64,000 nt of DNA from an uncultured Chloroflexia bacterium (GTDB taxonomy: Bacteria > Chloroflexota > Limnocylindria > Limnocylindrales > CSP1-4): positions 448,001-512,000 of the forward strand of contig CAVXPZ010000004.1 of the NCBI GenBank assembly GCA_963763775.1. Reading direction: 5' to 3'. Position numbers and translations under genes: made by a program. The notes beneath the pieces are model-generated. The model was not told where the DNA came from and searched no databases. It worked only from the letters and a program-made list of their open reading frames with translations. This document shows positions 57,016-64,000 of the stretch, in pieces; position 1 is the first letter of the stretch, and every line of letters begins with the position of its first letter.

Positions 57016-57579
57016 TCAGTTGATGGGGGTGCTCGAGGCGTCGCCCGCGACGGCCACGAGGGCCGGCCGCAGGACGCGGTCGCGGAGCCGGTAGCCGCGC
57101 CGGACCTCCTCGACGATCTCGCCCTCGGGGCGCCCGGTACCGGGCACGTTCACGATGGCCTCGTGCTCGCGAGGGTCGAACGCGAGTCCCGGCGCTGCGT
57201 CGATGCGGCTGACGCCCTCGGACTCGAGGAGCGTGCGCAGCTTGCGGTCGATGGCGGCGATGCCCTCGAACCACGGGTCGTCGGCGATGGACGCCGGCCG
57301 AGCCTCGATGGCCCGGTCGAAGTCGTCGGCGAGGGTCAGGACCTTGCGGATCAGATCCTCGTTCGCCAGCCCGAGGTCGCGGTCGCGCTCCTCGGCCGTG
57401 CGGCGCTTGAAGTTGAGGAACTCGGCGCGCTCGCGCTGGAGCGCCGCCAGGTAGTCCTCGGCGTGCTGCTGGCTCTCGGCCAGGGCCGCCTGGAGCATCT
57501 CGATGTCGGCGAGGAGCTTGGTCGGCGAGACATCGATCTCGTCGACGCGCGCCTGCGCGCGCGTCCGGTGACTAGGCAT
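57016..57579 (-). CDS. grpE: Nucleotide exchange factor GrpE
   Basis: [37 protein letters not shown]. Confidence 0.96.
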   Translation of the reverse strand: MPSHRTRAQARVDEIDVSPTKLLADIEMLQAALAESQQHAEDYLAALQRERAEFLNFKRRTAEERDRDLGLANEDLIRKVLTLADDFDRAIEARPASIADDPWFEGIAAIDRKLRTLLESEGVSRIDAAPGLAFDPREHEAIVNVPGTGRPEGEIVEEVRRGYRLRDRVLRPALVAVAGDASSTPIN

Positions 57580-58639
57580 AGAGGTGGTCCACCAGTTCGT
57601 TCATCAGGCCCGAGACGAAGCGGACCGTGCCGATCGCCTGCGAGTAGCTCATCCGGGTCGGTCCGAGGACGCCGACGACGCCGATCGCCCGACCGGGTCG
57701 CCCGTACGGGGCGAGCACCAGCGAGACGTCGCGCATCTCGACCGGCGTGTTCTCGTGGCCGATGTAGACCTGGATCCGGCCGGCGTCGGCCACGTCGCCG
57801 ACGAGCTGGCCGAGATAGGCCCGGTTCTCGAGGGCCGAGAAGACGCGGCGGAGCTTGTCGCTCTGCGCGAACTCCGGGGCGTCCATCACGTTGAGGAGAC
57901 CGTCGCTGAAGACCTCCTCGATGGCCTCGGCGTCGTAGTCGCGCACGACCCGCACGACGCGGTCGCCGATCCGGCGGGCGAGGCCCTCGACCCGGTCGTC
58001 CGGTCGGAGCCGACCGATGACCGTCTCGGCGCGATCCGCCGTCGCACTGCTGAGCCGGTCGTTGAGCAGGGCGGCGACCTGGTTGAGCGTGGGCTGGTCG
58101 ATGGCGTCGTCGTCCGCGAGACCGACCAGCGCCTGCTTGATCGCGCCCTCGCGCAGGACGAGGATGAGGCTCGCCATGCGCTCGTTGATCGCCACGAGGT
58201 CGATGCGGCGGATGTGGGCAGAGCGTGCCTTGGCCGGCGTCGCCAGGCCCGCGGACCGGGTGATGCTCGCGAGCGTCGTCGCGGCGAGGCGGAACCAGTG
58301 CTCGCTGGCGAACTCCACCTGGCCGAACTGGTGACGGATCATCAACTGCTCGACAGCGGGCAGCGGCACGACGTCCGAGATCGATTCCACGTAGAAGCGA
58401 TAGCCCGAATCGGTCGGCATGCGGCCCGCGGAGGTATGCGGGTGCGTCAGGAGGCCGGCCGCCTCGAGCTCCGCCAGGATGCTGCGGACCGTCGCGCTCG
58501 ACACACCGAGCCCGTATCGCTCCACGAGCGCCTGCGAGCCGACGGGGACGGCGGTCGCGACATATTCCTCGATGACGGCCCGGAGGATCGCCTGTGAACG
58601 GAGGTCCAGGGGGCCGAGGGGGCGGTTTCGACGCGCCAA
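57572..58639 (-). CDS. hrcA: Heat-inducible transcription repressor HrcA
   Basis: ILRAVIEEY...PVGS...SSATVR...HPHTSAGRMPT..GYRFYV; GVLGPTRM.Y. Confidence 0.96.
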   Translation of the reverse strand: MARRNRPLGPLDLRSQAILRAVIEEYVATAVPVGSQALVERYGLGVSSATVRSILAELEAAGLLTHPHTSAGRMPTDSGYRFYVESISDVVPLPAVEQLMIRHQFGQVEFASEHWFRLAATTLASITRSAGLATPAKARSAHIRRIDLVAINERMASLILVLREGAIKQALVGLADDDAIDQPTLNQVAALLNDRLSSATADRAETVIGRLRPDDRVEGLARRIGDRVVRVVRDYDAEAIEEVFSDGLLNVMDAPEFAQSDKLRRVFSALENRAYLGQLVGDVADAGRIQVYIGHENTPVEMRDVSLVLAPYGRPGRAIGVVGVLGPTRMSYSQAIGTVRFVSGLMNELVDHLYA

Positions 58640-58658
58640 GGTCGGTCTCCCAGCGTGG

Positions 58659-58685
58659 TTAGCACTCTACCATCGAGAGTGCTAA
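58659..58685. promoter_or_regulatory. CIRCE element (HrcA operator)
   Basis: Exact TTAGCACTC-N9-GAGTGCTAA, 20 nt upstream of hrcA. Confidence 0.98.
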
Positions 58686-58698
58686 CGAGGTTGCCGGC

Positions 58699-58728
58699 AT
58701 CGTAGCAGTCACGAGGTCCGAGTGTCAA
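58699..58728 (-). promoter_or_regulatory. Sigma70-type promoter of hrcA-grpE-dnaK
   Basis: TTGACA, 18-bp spacer, TACGAT with an upstream TG (extended -10), just upstream of CIRCE. Confidence 0.8.
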
Positions 58729-58766
58729 CGGAGTTCGGGCGGGACTGGTCGGCGGCCCCGCCTCAG

Positions 58767-59994
58767 TCAGACCAGGCGGGCGAACAGCTCGTTCGAGAGC
58801 AGGCGGCCGCGCGTCGTGAGGACGACGCGGTCGTCGGGTGTCACGTTCACGAGCTCGGCGGTCAGTGCCCAGCCGAATGCGTCCGCGAGCGGGGGCTCGG
58901 TGGTGGCCGCGAAGGGCACGCCGGTGTCGAGCCGAAGGCCCAGGATCACGCGTTCCACGGCCGCCGTCTCCGCGTCGACCGACTCCGAGTCACCGGGCGG
59001 CAACGACGGGGTCGACCCGTCCCCCGGGGTCAAGCGCCGCGACGTAGCCGTCGAGCCGGGCCGCGTTCCATCGACGCGTCGCGCCGTCGAAGGCGTGCGC
59101 CCCCGGACCGACCGCCTCATAGGGTCGCCGCTCCCAGTACGCGCGGTTGTGCCGGCTCTCGTGCGAGGGTCGGGCCCAGTTGCTGATCTCGTACCCGCGA
59201 TAGCCCGCCTCGGCGAGTCGAACGACCGCATGGTGGTACTGGGCCGCAGCGTGATCCTCGTCCTGCGTCGAGCGGGCGATCTCGCGCCACCGTCGAGCGC
59301 CGGCGGTCGTCGGCAGATGGTCGCCGCCCAGCCCGGTCAGACCCTCGGCGTCGGGGTCGTCGAGCGTGAGGGCGTAGAGCGACAGGTGATCCGGACCGAG
59401 GTCGATCGCCGCGTCGAGGGTGGTCATCCAGCTCACGACGCTCTGGTCGGGGAGGTCGTACAGCAGGTCGAGGCTGACCGACCGGACGCCGGCCCGCCGG
59501 GCCTCGCGAACGGCGTCGCCGACGTCAGCGGCGCGGTGCCGCCGGCCCAGGCGCTTGAGCTGGCCGTCGTCGAGGGACTGCGCCCCGATGGACAGACGCG
59601 TGATCCCGGCCTGGAGCCAGGCCGCCGGGTCGCCCCGCTCGTCGGGACCGGGGTTCGCCTCGAGGGTCACCTCGGCGCCTGCGATGAGGCCGAACCGGCG
59701 GCGCACCTGCTCGACGATCCGCGCGACCTCGTCCGGGGCGAGCAGCGACGGGGTCCCGCCGCCGAGGTACAGGCTCTCGAGCGGCGCGCGACCCGGCCCG
59801 ACCGCGACATCCAGCGCATCGGCCCGGAGATCGATCTCGACGGCGAGGGCGTCGAGGAAGGACGCCGTGCGAGCCGCGGGTCCCCTGGCTGCGGCCCCCG
59901 CGTACACGACGAAGTCGCAGTACGGACAGATCGAGACACAGAACGGGATGTGCACGTACATCGCGACCGGCGGACCCCCCGCGGCGACGATCAT
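58767..59994 (-). CDS. hemW: Radical SAM heme chaperone HemW (HemN-like); frameshift near 59030
   Basis: YVHIPFCVSICPYCDF, YLGGGTPS, EANP, YEISNW, HNRAYW; lepA-hrcA context. Confidence 0.9.
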
Positions 59995-60761
59995 CGCTCC
60001 CTCGTCGCCGATTCGCGCGTCCCGATGACGCGCCAGCCGTCCGGCGGCCGGCGCCGTTTGTCGATCTCCTCCACCTCGCGACCGCGCGGCTTCGTCTGAC
60101 CCGCGTGCCCGGTGCACAGGAAGACCGCGAAGCGGGTGATCGCGTGGCCAAGGAACGCCGCCGCGATGCCGCCGGTCACGACCGTCAGCCAGCCGCCGAT
60201 GAGGCCCATCCCCAGCGTCATGAAGAACAGGTACTTGTCACGTCCGGACGCCCCGAGGCGGGTCGTCAGGGTGTAGAGGAAGGCCTGGATGACGTTCGCG
60301 AGGGACGGATTCATCCCGGTGGACAGCAGCAAGCCGAAGATGGCGCCGCGGAACGCGACTTCGTCGATGAACGCGGTGGCGACCGAGTTGAGCAACGCCC
60401 CCGGATACGACCAGGCCCCCGGGAAGCGGATGCGGTGGTACCGGTAGGTGGCGAACGCCACGGCGAACGCGACACCGCCGAGCCCATACAGGAGGCCGCC
60501 CAGGACGGCCAGCAGCCGGTCGCCGGAGCCCAGGAACAATCGGTTCTGCGGGTCCGGGTGGATGATCAGGATCATGAGGGCCAGGCCCACGCCGATCCCG
60601 TACCAGGCGAGTCGCCGGCGGATCTTGGGGCTCTCGCCGTCCCGCGTGGCCTCGTAATACTCGGCGGTGCCGAAGCGCTCCGACTCGAGGCGGAGCATCG
60701 CCATCAGCAGGGCGAGCCCGACCGTGACGAGGCCGCGGGACCACTCGATATAGGCGTCCAC
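59991..60761 (-). CDS. CPBP/Abi-family membrane protein with degenerate metal motifs
   Basis: DEVAFRG, GH in the last TM, multi-TM. Confidence 0.7.
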   Translation of the reverse strand: MDAYIEWSRGLVTVGLALLMAMLRLESERFGTAEYYEATRDGESPKIRRRLAWYGIGVGLALMILIIHPDPQNRLFLGSGDRLLAVLGGLLYGLGGVAFAVAFATYRYHRIRFPGAWSYPGALLNSVATAFIDEVAFRGAIFGLLLSTGMNPSLANVIQAFLYTLTTRLGASGRDKYLFFMTLGMGLIGGWLTVVTGGIAAAFLGHAITRFAVFLCTGHAGQTKPRGREVEEIDKRRRPPDGWRVIGTRESATRER

Positions 60762-60771
60762 GTCCGCTCGC

Positions 60772-62583
<1,812 letters not shown>

Positions 62584-62727
62584 GGTGCGGGAGTGTAGCC
62601 GGTCACGCTCCGGGGGCGGCCACGATGACGACGATGGGCGCCGCAGCCAAGGCGCTGACGCCGACCGTCATGATGGACCGGCGATGTTTCACGAGGATCG
62701 AGATCGGCGGGAGTCAAGGAGGGCACC

Positions 62728-63225
62728 ATGAACTCACTCGTTCGGGACCACCTGCCGGCGACGTTCTTCGCCGAGTACCTGGGGCTCCGGAGCCAGCTCA
62801 TGGACCTCCTGACGGACGACGACCTGACGTATCGCCCGGCGCCGGGCACGTTCAGCCTTGGCGAGCTCTGTCGGGAGATCGGGGACATCGAACACTCGTA
62901 CGTCGAAGCGCTTCGGGTGTTCCGGCAGGACTTCGACTGGCGCAACCCGGATCCCCGGATCGAGCGCAGCGTCGAGGCGCTGACGGCGTGGTACGCAGGA
63001 CTGGACCGAGACCTGCTCGCCGCCATCGAGGCGCTGTCGGAGGACGACATCGCCGGCCGGCGGATCCAGCGCGGCGACTTCGAGGTGGAAGGGTTCACGC
63101 CGCTCGCCGCCCAGGAGCTCGACATCTACCGGGAGGCGTTGCTGATCTTCTACGCCAAGGTGAGCGTCTACCTGCGGGCGATGGGCCGACAGCTCCCGCC
63201 GCAATGGGAGCACTGGATCGGCTGA
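62728..63225 (+). CDS. DinB/YfiT-like four-helix protein
   Basis: AAGGAGG RBS; DDLTYRP...SLGELCREIG..E..Y...VYLRAMG pattern (canonical His ligands absent). Confidence 0.7.
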   Translation: MNSLVRDHLPATFFAEYLGLRSQLMDLLTDDDLTYRPAPGTFSLGELCREIGDIEHSYVEALRVFRQDFDWRNPDPRIERSVEALTAWYAGLDRDLLAAIEALSEDDIAGRRIQRGDFEVEGFTPLAAQELDIYREALLIFYAKVSVYLRAMGRQLPPQWEHWIG

Positions 63226-63257
63226 CCGGTCCCGGCGGGCGCCGGCCCGGACTCCCG

Positions 63258-64000
63258 TCAGGCCTGGGCGCCGGCCAGCACGGTGACGCCAACGATGATC
63301 AGGGCCACGCCCGCGACCTGGATGCGCGCGAGCCGCTCGCCGAAGAGGAGGAACGCCGCGACGGCGCTGATCGCGGCGAACTGGCTGCCCATCACCGCCA
63401 CGATCGGGATGCTCTCCCTGGCGCCCCACGCCGAGGCCGTCGAGCCGAGGATCTCGCCCGCCCCGGCCACGACGAGCAGCGGCAGGGCCGCGCGCGTCAA
63501 GCGCAGCCGACCGGCCAGGGCGATGGGGATCGTGATGACGGCGATGCCGACGAACCGTGCGGCGAGCGCGACCCACACGGCTGGCACGAAGGCGGCGGCC
63601 CGACCGCTCGACACGAGACCGACGCCAAAGACCAACGCGGCGGCGATCGCGAGGATCACGCTGCGCCGCATCTCGCGGTCGGAGACGGGTGGCGTGTGGC
63701 TCCGCGGGCCGGGCGGTGCCGTGACCGGGGGTGCCGACTCGGGCGCCGGCGTGGGTGCCGGTGCGTCGAGCGCCTCCGGGACGAAGTCCAGGTCCCCGGC
63801 CGGGACGTCGCCCGCGGCACGCTCGAAGGAGGAGAGGACCACCCCGATCGCGATGACCGCCAAGGCGACCCCGGCCACCACGCCGACCGTGTCCCCCAGC
63901 GCGATCGCGATCAGGGCGGCCACGGCGCCCTCGGTGGCGACGATCGGTGCGACGATCGAGACCTTGCCGATCGTCAGGGCCATGTAGGTCAGCATCAGCC
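63258..64000 (-). CDS. DMT/EamA-family transporter, 5' truncated by the window edge
   Basis: GKVSIVAPI, LFGERLARIQVAGV; two hydrophobic repeats. Confidence 0.85.
   Translation of the reverse strand, partial: LMLTYMALTIGKVSIVAPIVATEGAVAALIAIALGDTVGVVAGVALAVIAIGVVLSSFERAAGDVPAGDLDFVPEALDAPAPTPAPESAPPVTAPPGPRSHTPPVSDREMRRSVILAIAAALVFGVGLVSSGRAAAFVPAVWVALAARFVGIAVITIPIALAGRLRLTRAALPLLVVAGAGEILGSTASAWGARESIPIVAVMGSQFAAISAVAAFLLFGERLARIQVAGVALIIVGVTVLAGAQA

Noticed and set aside
62656-62670. TGACG-N5-CGTCA palindrome upstream of the DinB-like gene
   Set aside because: Only 5-bp arms in GC-rich DNA; it cannot be distinguished from chance.

Overview
A high-GC bacterial chromosome segment with about 62 genes. 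I found no rRNA, tRNA, CRISPR array, integrase or transposase. Gene order (lepA-hemW-hrcA-grpE-dnaK...dnaJ-prmA...HIT...rpsU-yqeY-7TM/HD-ybeY...pth-mfd), a perfect CIRCE element and protein style suggest a Terrabacteria genome, most likely Chloroflexota (inference). About 16 genes, including mfd, dnaJ and hemW, carry single-base frameshifts that are best explained as long-read indel errors. Housekeeping content: a polyamine ABC operon with an XRE-cupin regulator, a SAM-recycling run (apt-mtnA-GNAT-ahcY-S9 peptidase-CPA1-metK), a GntR-controlled sugar ABC/deacetylase/kinase/GH4 cluster, and the heat-shock operon. Two accessory lipid-chemistry modules interrupt the conserved backbone and are the best candidates for undescribed systems. 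(1) At 36901-41991, a tetraether-synthase (Tes/GDGT-MAS)-like radical SAM enzyme is translationally coupled to a divergent Lgt paralogue and two Cys-containing small membrane proteins, facing an acyl-CoA-ligase-like gene. (2) At 48431-53939, a single-ORF fusion of an LLM (Mer-like) oxidoreductase with a MenA-type prenyltransferase is coupled to a CAAX/CPBP protease and lies divergent from an ABC exporter across a palindromic operator. Also notable: a 7x13-bp tandem array ending exactly at a MarR start codon, a twin-arginine-like extension on MtnA, and many apparently leaderless genes. All product calls come from motif recognition by eye, not database searches.
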